This document shows positions 1 through 8,912 of a stretch of DNA of 64,000 nt, one piece after another. The stretch's first letter is position 1; the number at the start of each line of letters is the position of its first letter. The position numbers and the translations under genes were made by a program. Source of the DNA: an uncultured Clostridia bacterium (lineage in GTDB: Bacteria; CAYTYR01; UBA6262). The stretch spans positions 1-64,000 of the forward strand of contig CAYTYR010000007.1 in the NCBI GenBank assembly GCA_964441745.1. Direction: 5' to 3'. Under the pieces are notes generated by a model. The model had not been told where the DNA came from and did not search any database. It was given only the letters and a program-made list of their open reading frames with translations.

Positions 1-59
1 AAGCGTTTTTTAAGAAATCAGCTCTCTTTTTACCCACTCGATAGGGAGATGAGCCTCTT

Positions 60-731
60 TTGTTTACTTCACAATGTTTTGGATACGTGGTTTTTACTGA
101 GCTTTTTGACGGCCCTTCATTGCCTGCTAATTGGTATTTTGACCAAGATGGTACATGGATGATTGAAGATGGGACATTAGGACAGACTAAAACAGCTACT
201 AATGCCCATGCTGATTGTGAAGCTGGCGATTTGAATTGGGAAGATTATACAACACAAATGAACTTCAAATATACTCAATTTGGATCTGGAAATATGGAAG
301 CCGGTCTAATAATCAGGGGCACATGGAATCAAGGCGGAGTTGTTGTAAGAACATCATGGAGAGGATTTTGGAATTTAGAAATATTAAGACCTCAGATGCA
401 AGAATTGCATGTGCCTTTGAATCAAAATTTGACAACCGGTCAATGGTATTCGATGAGAACTCTTATCGAAGGTGATTATCTGAAAGTTTGGGTCAATGAT
501 ATTCTTTATGACTTGGGGGATATTTCTCCTGAAGCCACTCCAATACCTTCTTATGGGTTTATCGGTCTTTGGGCTAATAATGCTCATGTGAATTTTGATA
601 ATGTGTATATTGATAATCTTCAACCTGATTTTGCTCCCGTTCCAGAGCCGGGGACGGTGGCTTTGCTGGGTTTAGGACTTGCCGGCATATTTGGTATTAA
701 AGTAAATTTAAAAAGAAAAAGTAACAAATAG
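60..731 (+). CDS. PEP-CTERM sorting domain protein with ConA/DUF1080-like beta-sandwich
   Basis: C-terminal VPEPGTVALLGLGLAG plus basic tail; GFIGLW...VNFDNVYI resembles DUF1080/LamG-like folds; N-terminal signal peptide looks truncated. Confidence 0.8.
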   Translation: MFTSQCFGYVVFTELFDGPSLPANWYFDQDGTWMIEDGTLGQTKTATNAHADCEAGDLNWEDYTTQMNFKYTQFGSGNMEAGLIIRGTWNQGGVVVRTSWRGFWNLEILRPQMQELHVPLNQNLTTGQWYSMRTLIEGDYLKVWVNDILYDLGDISPEATPIPSYGFIGLWANNAHVNFDNVYIDNLQPDFAPVPEPGTVALLGLGLAGIFGIKVNLKRKSNK

Positions 732-746
732 TAACGGGAGCAAGTT

Positions 747-1268
747 ATGATCAGATTTAAGAAAATTGAAACAGATATTATGGCGAAAATTCCGGTTTTG
801 GCGCAGGGTTTTAAGAAGGTTAACGCCATAAGCGCATTTTATATTTTTGGGTCGTATGCGCGGGGCAAGGTGAAGCCGCTCAGCGATATAGATATCGCGG
901 TGCTTTTAAAGAAGAGCGTGCCGGTTAAAGAATATTGGCAGTATAAAATAGATTTGTTGACTACCGCCACGCGTATTTTGCAGACGGAAGAGATTGATTT
1001 TGTCGTGCTGAATGAAGCTCCTTATGAACTGGCGTTTCAAGCGCTTAAAAAAGGGAAGCTTGTTTTTTGCAAAAGTCTGCGGGAAAAACAAGAGTTTCAG
1101 GAAAAGACAGTGATGTGCTATCTGGATACACAACACCTCCGGGATGAAATATTTTTTCATCTCAAAGAACGAATAAAAACAGGGAGATTTGCTCATGACC
1201 AGGGAAAGTATAAAAAAGATATTGAAAATGTTAGAAGAATCTTTGGAGAAATTAGAGCCCATCGCTAA
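747..1268 (+). CDS. Minimal nucleotidyltransferase (MntA-type antitoxin)
   Basis: FGSYARG...SDIDIAV motif; overlaps downstream HEPN gene. Confidence 0.85.
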   Translation: MIRFKKIETDIMAKIPVLAQGFKKVNAISAFYIFGSYARGKVKPLSDIDIAVLLKKSVPVKEYWQYKIDLLTTATRILQTEEIDFVVLNEAPYELAFQALKKGKLVFCKSLREKQEFQEKTVMCYLDTQHLRDEIFFHLKERIKTGRFAHDQGKYKKDIENVRRIFGEIRAHR

Positions 1269-1608
1269 GCTGCCTCTCTCTGAATTTATAGAGAGTTCAA
1301 TAAGCCAAGACATAGCCAAGTGGAATTTTTACGTGGTGGTGCAAGGCTGCTTGGACTTAGGCAATCATGTTATAGCGGTTAAAGGATTGGAGTCGCCAGA
1401 AAGATATGAGGAAATACTTGCTGTTTTGCGAAGAAACAATATTATTTCTGAAAATCTTGCGTCTTCATTACAAGGAATGGGCAGCTTTAGGAATCTAATT
1501 GCCCATGGATACTTCAAGATTGATTTGGAAAAACTGTTTGGCTATTTGAAAAAATTGAAAGATGTAAGAAAATATCTGGGAAAATTAGAACCCTATCTGA
1601 TAGATTAA
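1189..1608 (+). CDS. DUF86/HEPN ribonuclease (HepT-type toxin)
   Basis: R-x4-H-x-Y motif FRNLIAHGY; paired with MNT gene. Confidence 0.85.
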   Translation: MLMTRESIKKILKMLEESLEKLEPIAKLPLSEFIESSISQDIAKWNFYVVVQGCLDLGNHVIAVKGLESPERYEEILAVLRRNNIISENLASSLQGMGSFRNLIAHGYFKIDLEKLFGYLKKLKDVRKYLGKLEPYLID

Positions 1609-1640
1609 AATAAATATTATTTATTCTGGGAGGAGTTTAC

Positions 1641-4430
1641 GTGGACTACAGCAAGACTATTAATTTACCAAAAACTGATTTTCCCATGAAAGCTGATTTG
1701 CCAAAACGCGAACCAGAAGTGCTTAAAACCTGGGAAGAGTCAAAACTTTACCAGCAAACCCGCCAAAAGGCTCCAGGCAAGCCAAAGTTTATCTTGCATG
1801 ACGGTCCTCCTTATGCCAACGGCCATATTCATTTGGGACATGCCTTGAATAAGATCCTGAAGGATATAGTGGTAAAGTACAAGATCATGCAAGGGTTCGA
1901 TGTGCCTTTTAATCCTGGCTGGGATTGCCATGGCCTGCCAGTTGAACACGCGCTATTCAAAGAGCTAAAGATCACTAAGCACGAGATAGACCAGGTAACT
2001 TTCCGGCGGAAAGCCCGCGAGTATGCCCAAAAATTCATTGATATCCAGCGGGAAGAGTTTAAACGCTTGGGATTGCTGGCAGATTGGGATAATCCCTATA
2101 TCACTATGACCAATGAATATGAAGCAGCTATCATCGGGGTTTTTAAGGAACTGGTGCGGAAGGATTATATTTATAAAGGCCTGAAACCAGTGCATTGGTG
2201 CGCGGCGTGTGAGACCGCCCTGGCAGAAGCAGAAGTGGAATACGCAGACCATACCTCACCTTCGGTTTATGTCAAATTTCCGGTCAAAAATGAAAAAGAT
2301 ACTTTTGTGCTGATCTGGACTACTACTCCCTGGACTTTACCAGCCAATGTAGCTGTTGCTTTCCACCCGGAAAGCGAATACGCCTATATTAAAACCAATA
2401 ATGAGACCTGGATCATGGCTGAACAGCTGGTAGAGCGGGTAATGGCCAAGGCGAAACTCACCGGCCATAGCATTCTGAAAAAAGTTTCTGGAAAAACACT
2501 GGATGGTTTAAAACTAGAGCATCCTTTTATCGATCGTGAAGTGGTTGGGATCCTGGCTGATTTTGTGACTATGGAAGATGGCACCGGTGTAGTGCATATA
2601 GCTCCGGGTCATGGTGAAGATGACTATCTGGTTGGGAAAAAATATAATTTGCCGATCATCGCTCCAGTCAATGACCAGGGTAAATTTACCGCCGAGGTTA
2701 AGGACTTTGCCGGACAGTTCGTTTTTAAGGCTAATGAACCGATCAAAAAATTATTAGAGAGCAAAGGATTGTTGGTCCATACTGAAGATATTTCCCATTC
2801 CTATCCCCATTGCTGGCGCTGTAAGAGGCCAGTAATATTCCGCGCTACTGAACAGTGGTTCCTGGGAGTGGACAGGCATGGCTTGCGGCAGGAATTACTG
2901 GCTAATATCAAGAAAGTGACTTGGGTGCCGGAGCTCGGGGAAAAACGCATTGCCAGTATGGTCGAACAACGGCCAGACTGGTGCCTCTCACGGCAACGTT
3001 ATTGGGGCATGCCCATACCTATTTTTTATTGTAAGGAATGCAATGCTGATTTAATGGATGTTGCCGCGATAGAGGCAGTGGAAAACATGGTGCGCAGCGA
3101 GGGCAGTGACAGCTGGTATATAAAAACAGCGGAAGAGATTCTGCCGCCACAAATTAAATGCCCGAAGTGCGGCAGCCGGAATTTCCGCAAGGAAACCGAT
3201 ATTCTCGATGTCTGGTTTGATTCCGGAGTAAGTCACACGGCAGTTTTGAAGCATCCTGAAATATTTCCTGGAGTGACCTGGCCCAGTGACATGTACCTGG
3301 AGGGCAGTGACCAGCACCGCGGCTGGTTCCAGACTTCGCTGATCACCTCCGTAGCTGCTAATGGCCAGGCTCCGTATAAAACTGTCTTGACCCACGGGTT
3401 CACCGTTGATGGTGAAGGAAAAAAGCAAAGTAAATCACTGGGTAATGTGATCAGTCCGCAAGACATTTATTCACAGCAGGGCGCAGATATTATCCGCCTG
3501 TGGGTGTCTAGCGAAGATTACACTGAAGATGCGCGCCTGTCACCGGATATTATCAAGAGATTGACCGAAGCCTATCGCAAGATCAGGAATACGGTCAGGT
3601 ATTTCCTGGCCAATACCTATGATTTTGACGCAGTTAAAGATACCGTCTCTTATGCCCAGTTGACGGATATAGATAAATGGGCCCTGCATAAACTGCAGGA
3701 GTTGGTAATAGAGGTAACCCAGGCATATGATTCTTATCAGTTTCATCAGGTCTATTCAAAAATCTACAATTTTTGCGTTGTGGCCATGAGCTCTTTTTAC
3801 CTGGATGTGCTTAAAGACCGTCTTTATACATTTAAAAGTAATGGCTTAGCCAGGAGATCAGCCCAGACTGTCCTCTATGAAATACTGGGAACCCTGGCCA
3901 GGTTACTGGCTCCGATCCTGTCTTTTAGCGCTGAAGAGATCTGGCGGTATATTCCGGGGCAGAATAAAGAAAAGAGCGTCTTCCTGGCAAATTTCCCTAA
4001 GCCTCAGAAAGAATACCTGAATAATGAACTGGTGGCAGAATGGGATAAGGTATTATTACTGCGCGGAGCAATATCCAAAGCCCTGGAAATAGCCAGGCGC
4101 GATAAGATCATTAATAGCTCTTTGGAAGCAAAGGTACAGATCTATTTGCCGGCTAATCATGAACTAGCCGGGGTACTGAAGAAATTTGACCAATCCTGGC
4201 CATCCATCTTGATCGTTTCGCAGTCTGACCTGCCAGCTGAACCACTGTTAGGCGAAAAAGTATTTGTTTCGCCGGAAATGACTGGGTTGCAGGTGCTGGT
4301 GACTAAAGCAGAGGGGGCTAAGTGCGCCCGTTGTTGGAATTATAGCAAAGCCGTAGGGCAGGATAAGGAATATCCTGAAATTTGCGAGCGTTGCCTGCCA
4401 GTGGTGACGGGAAAGGATCATCGCGCGTGA
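1641..4430 (+). CDS. ileS: Isoleucine--tRNA ligase
   Basis: HDGPPYANGHIHLGH, GWDCHGLP, KQSKS (KMSKS variant), C-terminal CARCW..CERC zinc site. Confidence 0.98.
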   Translation: MDYSKTINLPKTDFPMKADLPKREPEVLKTWEESKLYQQTRQKAPGKPKFILHDGPPYANGHIHLGHALNKILKDIVVKYKIMQGFDVPFNPGWDCHGLPVEHALFKELKITKHEIDQVTFRRKAREYAQKFIDIQREEFKRLGLLADWDNPYITMTNEYEAAIIGVFKELVRKDYIYKGLKPVHWCAACETALAEAEVEYADHTSPSVYVKFPVKNEKDTFVLIWTTTPWTLPANVAVAFHPESEYAYIKTNNETWIMAEQLVERVMAKAKLTGHSILKKVSGKTLDGLKLEHPFIDREVVGILADFVTMEDGTGVVHIAPGHGEDDYLVGKKYNLPIIAPVNDQGKFTAEVKDFAGQFVFKANEPIKKLLESKGLLVHTEDISHSYPHCWRCKRPVIFRATEQWFLGVDRHGLRQELLANIKKVTWVPELGEKRIASMVEQRPDWCLSRQRYWGMPIPIFYCKECNADLMDVAAIEAVENMVRSEGSDSWYIKTAEEILPPQIKCPKCGSRNFRKETDILDVWFDSGVSHTAVLKHPEIFPGVTWPSDMYLEGSDQHRGWFQTSLITSVAANGQAPYKTVLTHGFTVDGEGKKQSKSLGNVISPQDIYSQQGADIIRLWVSSEDYTEDARLSPDIIKRLTEAYRKIRNTVRYFLANTYDFDAVKDTVSYAQLTDIDKWALHKLQELVIEVTQAYDSYQFHQVYSKIYNFCVVAMSSFYLDVLKDRLYTFKSNGLARRSAQTVLYEILGTLARLLAPILSFSAEEIWRYIPGQNKEKSVFLANFPKPQKEYLNNELVAEWDKVLLLRGAISKALEIARRDKIINSSLEAKVQIYLPANHELAGVLKKFDQSWPSILIVSQSDLPAEPLLGEKVFVSPEMTGLQVLVTKAEGAKCARCWNYSKAVGQDKEYPEICERCLPVVTGKDHRA

Positions 4431-4897
4431 TCTTGATAATCATTTTTTTGCTAGTGTTGTTAGCTGACCAGTATACTAAACTTATTGTGCAACAGGATAT
4501 GCTCATCGGCCAAAGTATTCCGGTCATCCCTAAGATATTCCATTTCACCTATGTGCAAAACACCGGCGGCGCTTTTGGTATCCTGCGCGGCCGGACCAAT
4601 CTGTTCATTATTATATCCATTATCGTGATCCTGTTTATAGTCTATTTCATGTTCAAGGAAGAAAAGAAGGATTATTTTGTAAAAGTAGTATGTTCTCTTA
4701 TACTAGGCGGCGCGATTAGCAATCTGGTCGACCGCATGAGACTTGGATATGTGGTAGATTTCGTAGATTTTCAAGTGTGGCCGGTATTTAATGTTGCTGA
4801 TTCAGCGATCAGTATCGGCATGGTCTTACTTTCCCTGCGCCTGTTTTTTAAAAAGGATAATATGTTAAAAACAGCTAAAGTAGAAGGAGCAAAATAA
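4427..4897 (+). CDS. lspA: Lipoprotein signal peptidase II
   Basis: DQYTK, NTGGAFG, VVDF, FNVADSAI motifs; GTG start overlapping the ileS stop. Confidence 0.95.
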   Translation: MILIIIFLLVLLADQYTKLIVQQDMLIGQSIPVIPKIFHFTYVQNTGGAFGILRGRTNLFIIISIIVILFIVYFMFKEEKKDYFVKVVCSLILGGAISNLVDRMRLGYVVDFVDFQVWPVFNVADSAISIGMVLLSLRLFFKKDNMLKTAKVEGAK

Positions 4898-5659
4898 GTG
4901 CATCCTATATTCCTGCAATTGGGTTCTCTGGTTATTCATACCTATGGCATACTGGTAGCGCTGGGATTCCTGGCTGCTATTATCCTGGCCAGTACCAAGG
5001 CGCAGGAATTTAAAGTGGACCGGGATTTTGTATATGACTTGAGTTTCTGGATATTATTAGGTGCCCTGGCTGGAGCCCGGACCTTAGAAGTTATTACTAA
5101 TTTTTATTATTACCGGTTGGAGCCCCTACGGATCCTGAAGATCTGGGAGGGGGGCCTGAGTTATTATGGCGGATTAACTGGCGGTGTTCTGGCCGGCGTA
5201 GGTTATGTTAAGCGTAAAAAATTATCAGTCTGGAACATTGGTGACCTGATGGTCCCGTATTTGGCTTTGGGACAGGCGATCGGCCGGATCGGTTGTTTCT
5301 TCGCCGGGTGCTGTTATGGTAAAGTCTGCAGCGCGTCTTGGGCAGTGCATTTTAGTGATCCACAATCATTGGCGCCTACTGGTATTCCCCTGCATCCTAC
5401 CCAGATATATGAAGCTGTGGCTGATCTAATTGTTTTTCTTATATTATTTAATGTGAACAAAAAACGGGAATTTACCGGACAGACTTTCATGTTATATTTT
5501 ATATTATATCCCGCCGTCAGGTTTGTCATTGAGTTTTATCGCGGCGATAATCCAATAGTGTGGGGTGGTTTTACTTTATACCAGATAATCAGCATAGCGA
5601 TCCTGGCAGCGGCAGGGACAATATATATAATCCAATGGAAAAAACAAAAAAGCAAATAA
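4898..5659 (+). CDS. lgt: Prolipoprotein diacylglyceryl transferase
   Basis: IWEGGLSYYGG, IGRIGCFFAGCCYG, HPTQIYE motifs. Confidence 0.95.
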   Translation: MHPIFLQLGSLVIHTYGILVALGFLAAIILASTKAQEFKVDRDFVYDLSFWILLGALAGARTLEVITNFYYYRLEPLRILKIWEGGLSYYGGLTGGVLAGVGYVKRKKLSVWNIGDLMVPYLALGQAIGRIGCFFAGCCYGKVCSASWAVHFSDPQSLAPTGIPLHPTQIYEAVADLIVFLILFNVNKKREFTGQTFMLYFILYPAVRFVIEFYRGDNPIVWGGFTLYQIISIAILAAAGTIYIIQWKKQKSK

Positions 5660-6582
5660 TAGAATTTCAAGCCGGCAATAATAATCGATTAGATGTGTTA
5701 TTGGCGGAAAAACTTTCCCAGTCCCGGACCTCGGCGCAGAAAATAATCCTTGAGCAGGGTGTTTGCCGGATAGCGCCCAGCCGTAAAATAATAAATAAAA
5801 CCGGCTATAAAACCAGCGTTGGAGAAATATTCCAGGTAGTCCTGCCGGAGATTAAAGAACTACCGCTGGCAGCTGAAAATATACCATTATCTATCTTATA
5901 TGAAGATAAAAGCCTGGTGGCGCTGGATAAACCTGCTGGCATGATGGTACATCCTGTCGGACGGATCAAGACCGGCACACTGGTCAACGCTCTTTTAACC
6001 CATTGTCAAGATCTTTCGCAGATTGGCGGTTGTATCCGTCCGGGAATAGTGCACCGGTTGGATAAGGATACCAGCGGGGTGATGATCGCAGCCAAGACCG
6101 ATGCTGCCCATCAGCATCTCTCAAAACAGTTTGCCCGCGGACAGGTAAAAAAAACCTATCTGGCTTTGGTCCATGGCCGGTTGACTGGCCGCAAAGGCTT
6201 GATCAATGCCAGGATTATGCGCGGCACTGCTGACCGCACTAAAATGAAAATATCTGCCACTGCCGGACGTAACGCGATCACTGAATATGAAGTAGTGAAA
6301 CAGTACCAGAATATGGCTCTGCTCCGGTTATTCCCTCGGACCGGCCGTACTCATCAAATACGGGTACATCTGGCTTTCATCGGCCATCCGATAGTTGGGG
6401 ACTGGAAATACGGGCAGGAACTGCCTGGACATAAAGCTGGACGGCAGCTATTGCATGCTGAAAGTATTTCTTTCATCCATCCAGAGACGAAAGAACATCT
6501 CCGCTTCCAGGCTGAGCTGCCAGCAGATTTTAAAGACGTCCTGATAAGTCAGGACGTCTTGATTACACCGATTTCAAAATAG
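5635..6582 (+). CDS. RluA-family pseudouridine synthase (RluD-like)
   Basis: GIVHRLDKDTSG, TGRTHQIRVH; N-terminal S4-like RLDVLLA. Confidence 0.93.
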   Translation: MEKTKKQIIEFQAGNNNRLDVLLAEKLSQSRTSAQKIILEQGVCRIAPSRKIINKTGYKTSVGEIFQVVLPEIKELPLAAENIPLSILYEDKSLVALDKPAGMMVHPVGRIKTGTLVNALLTHCQDLSQIGGCIRPGIVHRLDKDTSGVMIAAKTDAAHQHLSKQFARGQVKKTYLALVHGRLTGRKGLINARIMRGTADRTKMKISATAGRNAITEYEVVKQYQNMALLRLFPRTGRTHQIRVHLAFIGHPIVGDWKYGQELPGHKAGRQLLHAESISFIHPETKEHLRFQAELPADFKDVLISQDVLITPISK

Positions 6583-6609
6583 ATTACACCGATTATAATC
6601 TGTGTAATC
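6561..6609. repeat. Intergenic 9-nt-period element (family C)
   Basis: GATTACACCGATT at 6561 and 6582, inverted AATCTGTGTAATC at 6597. Confidence 0.75.
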
Positions 6610-6636
6610 AATAAGTTTCCGAAGGATAACTTATAC

Positions 6637-7023
6637 ATGAAATGGTTTAAGAGATTATTTAAGCAGGAACCTAAACAAGTTACCGTCAGCGGTTTTATCG
6701 GTGATATAGAAGCAAAGCTGGAAAAGTTCAGGCTGAACGATAAAACCGTCAATAAAATGGCTGACCGGGTTAAGGAACTGGATACTGATATTAAATCCTT
6801 TAAAGAGAGAATAGAGGAATTTTCCCGGGAAAATGAGCGGCTGGATGACCTGGCCCAGAAGATCATTGAAGTAGTGTCGCATATCTACAGCATGGATACA
6901 CGCCTGGCCCAGCTGGAAAAGAAAATTGAACAAATACAAATAGAAGTTGGCTTGGAAGAACATGGGACGGAAGGCGCATTAAAAAAGAAACCTTCGGAAA
7001 AGCAATCCACTTTTGAATTGTAA
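6637..7023 (+). CDS. Hypothetical coiled-coil protein
   Basis: 128-aa ORF with heptad-rich charged sequence; no family recognised. Confidence 0.7.
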   Translation: MKWFKRLFKQEPKQVTVSGFIGDIEAKLEKFRLNDKTVNKMADRVKELDTDIKSFKERIEEFSRENERLDDLAQKIIEVVSHIYSMDTRLAQLEKKIEQIQIEVGLEEHGTEGALKKKPSEKQSTFEL

Positions 7024-7029
7024 GTGAAC

Positions 7030-7096
7030 GATTCAAACAGATATATAAACAATGCAAACAGATATCTGTATGCATCTGAAACAATCAGTTTGCATC
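7030..7096. repeat. Intergenic palindromic element (family C variant)
   Basis: GATTCAAACAGAT and AATGCAAACAGAT followed by inverted ATCTGTATGCATC and ATCAGTTTGCATC. Confidence 0.7.
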
Positions 7097-7106
7097 CGTT
7101 AAGAAA

Positions 7107-7859
7107 ATGGACATTAAGATGTACCAAAAACGATTTTATCGCGACCAGTTTAAGAAAAATGAAATGGAATATTTTGAGCTGGCGATCAAAGAAAGTGATT
7201 TATTTATCGGTGTGAGCAAGGCCACGGCTGAAATTAAGGAATTAGCCAGGGAAAAACTGACGCAGTTCAGGCTGGACCTGGAAAATTATATTAAGGAAAA
7301 CCCGTTATTTGAGATAACTTTTAAACCATTCAAGGTAGGCGCCGAAGCCCCGGAAATTGTCCAGCGGATGGCGCAGGCTGCGCAGCAGGCTGGAGTCGGG
7401 CCGATGGCCAGTGTTGCCGGATGCCTGGCGGAAATGGTAGGCGAATCCCTGCTCCGGTTATCTACAGAAGTGATCGTGGAAAATGGGGGAGATATTTACC
7501 TGGCTTCGACCAAACCCAGGATCATCGGAATATATGCCGGCGATTCCAAGTTCAACGGAAAATTATCGCTGGAGATCGCTCCGGGAGAAACACCGGTAGG
7601 CATTTGTTCTTCCAGCGGCACGATCGGGCACTCGGTTAGCCTGGGGAAAGCTGATACCTGCCTGGTTAAGAGCCGGTCCGCGGCCCTGGCTGATGCTTAT
7701 GCCTCAACTATCGGGAATATGGTCAGAACCAAAGCTGATTTGCCGCCAGCCCTGGAAAAGGCAAAGTCATTGCCTAATCTTGACGGGGTGCTGATAATTA
7801 TAGAAAATGAAATGGGAGTATGGGGTAATATTAAATTAGTTCCTGTCGGAACTAATTGA
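7107..7859 (+). CDS. UPF0280 / ApbE-like family protein
   Basis: GVGPMASVAG, VENGGDIY, GICSSSGTIGHSVSLG motifs. Confidence 0.85.
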   Translation: MDIKMYQKRFYRDQFKKNEMEYFELAIKESDLFIGVSKATAEIKELAREKLTQFRLDLENYIKENPLFEITFKPFKVGAEAPEIVQRMAQAAQQAGVGPMASVAGCLAEMVGESLLRLSTEVIVENGGDIYLASTKPRIIGIYAGDSKFNGKLSLEIAPGETPVGICSSSGTIGHSVSLGKADTCLVKSRSAALADAYASTIGNMVRTKADLPPALEKAKSLPNLDGVLIIIENEMGVWGNIKLVPVGTN

Positions 7860-7892
7860 TTACACCGATTTTGAAATGAGATTACACAGATT
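7858..7892. repeat. Family C left half
   Basis: GATTACACCGATT (7858) and GATTACACAGATT (7880). Confidence 0.7.
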
Positions 7893-7909
7893 AGAAAAGT
7901 AGGGGTAGT

Positions 7910-8485
7910 ATGAAAAAAGGTAAGCTTATTGTTTTATCCGGGCCGTCGGGGACCGGGAAAACAACATTATGCCGTGAACTGGTAAAACGCATTCCTGGCC
8001 TGGTCTTTTCTGTTTCCGCCACCACCCGGGACAAAAGGCCGGGCGAAAAAAATGGTTATGATTATTATTTCCTGACCCCGGCGGAATTTAAAAGCAAAAT
8101 AAAAGCCCGGGAATTCCTGGAATGGGCCAAAGTATACAGCCATTATTATGGCACACTTAAAAAGCCGATCACTGATAACCTGGCCAAAGGAGTAAATGTC
8201 CTGCTGGATATAGATATGCAGGGAGCTTTACAGGTCAAGAATAAATTTCCCCAAGCGGTTTTGATCTTCATCCTGCCGCCCGGCCTGGAAGAATTGCGTC
8301 AGCGTTTAATACGCCGCAAGAGAGATTCGCTGGCTACTATCGCCAGGCGGATGAAACAAATAGAGGAGGAGATGAAATACATCCCGCAATATGACCAGGT
8401 GGTCATTAATAAAGACCTGGCCAATACTGTAAAATATTTACAAAGCCTAGTGAAGAATCGAATAAAGCCGAATAAAAAGAGCTAA
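7910..8485 (+). CDS. gmk: Guanylate kinase
   Basis: SGPSGTGKTT, SATTR, EWAKVYSHYYGT. Confidence 0.97.
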   Translation: MKKGKLIVLSGPSGTGKTTLCRELVKRIPGLVFSVSATTRDKRPGEKNGYDYYFLTPAEFKSKIKAREFLEWAKVYSHYYGTLKKPITDNLAKGVNVLLDIDMQGALQVKNKFPQAVLIFILPPGLEELRQRLIRRKRDSLATIARRMKQIEEEMKYIPQYDQVVINKDLANTVKYLQSLVKNRIKPNKKS

Positions 8486-8566
8486 TTACTCGAATCAAGA
8501 AGATTCTTTGGTTCGAGGCATTCGCTAACCTGCCTAAGGCAGGCAGGCATTCGCTTAATTCGTGAT
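8481..8566. repeat. 9-nt-period ATTCG array with nested REP-like hairpin
   Basis: GTTCGAGGC ATTCGCTAA [CCTGCCTAAGGCAGGCAGG 8529-8547] C ATTCGCTTA ATTCGTGAT. Confidence 0.6.
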
Positions 8567-8589
8567 TAAAATAAAAGGAGTGTGCAAAC

Positions 8590-8838
8590 GTGACTGAGCA
8601 GAAACAGAGCGAAATAGCAGAACAACCGCAACAGAATATAGTTGGTAATAAATATAAAGTGGTGCTGTCCTCATCGGTGGAAGCCAAAAAAATGAAACAA
8701 CTGGATAAAGATAATAGCGCCAGTCTGGGCAAAATATCCATTGAAGCGATGAATAAAGTACTCACTAAAGCCAATAAGAAAAAAGATAAAGAAGATGCCG
8801 AAGAATTAGCGGAACTAGAAGATAATAAGCAGGAATAG
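8590..8838 (+). CDS. rpoZ: Probable divergent RNA polymerase omega subunit
   Basis: gmk-x-coaBC position; GNKYKVVL..VEAKKM and KISIEAM resemble the omega N(R/K)Y.L.....RARQ and K....AL motifs. Confidence 0.65.
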   Translation: MTEQKQSEIAEQPQQNIVGNKYKVVLSSSVEAKKMKQLDKDNSASLGKISIEAMNKVLTKANKKKDKEDAEELAELEDNKQE

Positions 8839-8857
8839 TATAGTGATTTCAAATAGT

Positions 8858-8897
8858 AACCTGTGCCGCGCCCGCCGGCGATTTTTGGCGGGTAATC
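8858..8897. repeat. Family C right half interrupted by a REP-like hairpin
   Basis: AACCTGTG | CCGCGCCCGCCGGCGATTTTTGGCGGG (8866-8892) | TAATC. Confidence 0.55.
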
Positions 8898-8912
8898 AGT
8901 TAGCGGAACGAA

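Noticed and set aside
1609-1640. T-box leader before ileS
   Set aside because: Only 32 nt separate the HEPN gene from ileS; no T-box motif
7024-7215. 63-aa ORF
   Set aside because: Runs through the family C palindrome and overlaps the UPF0280 gene out of frame
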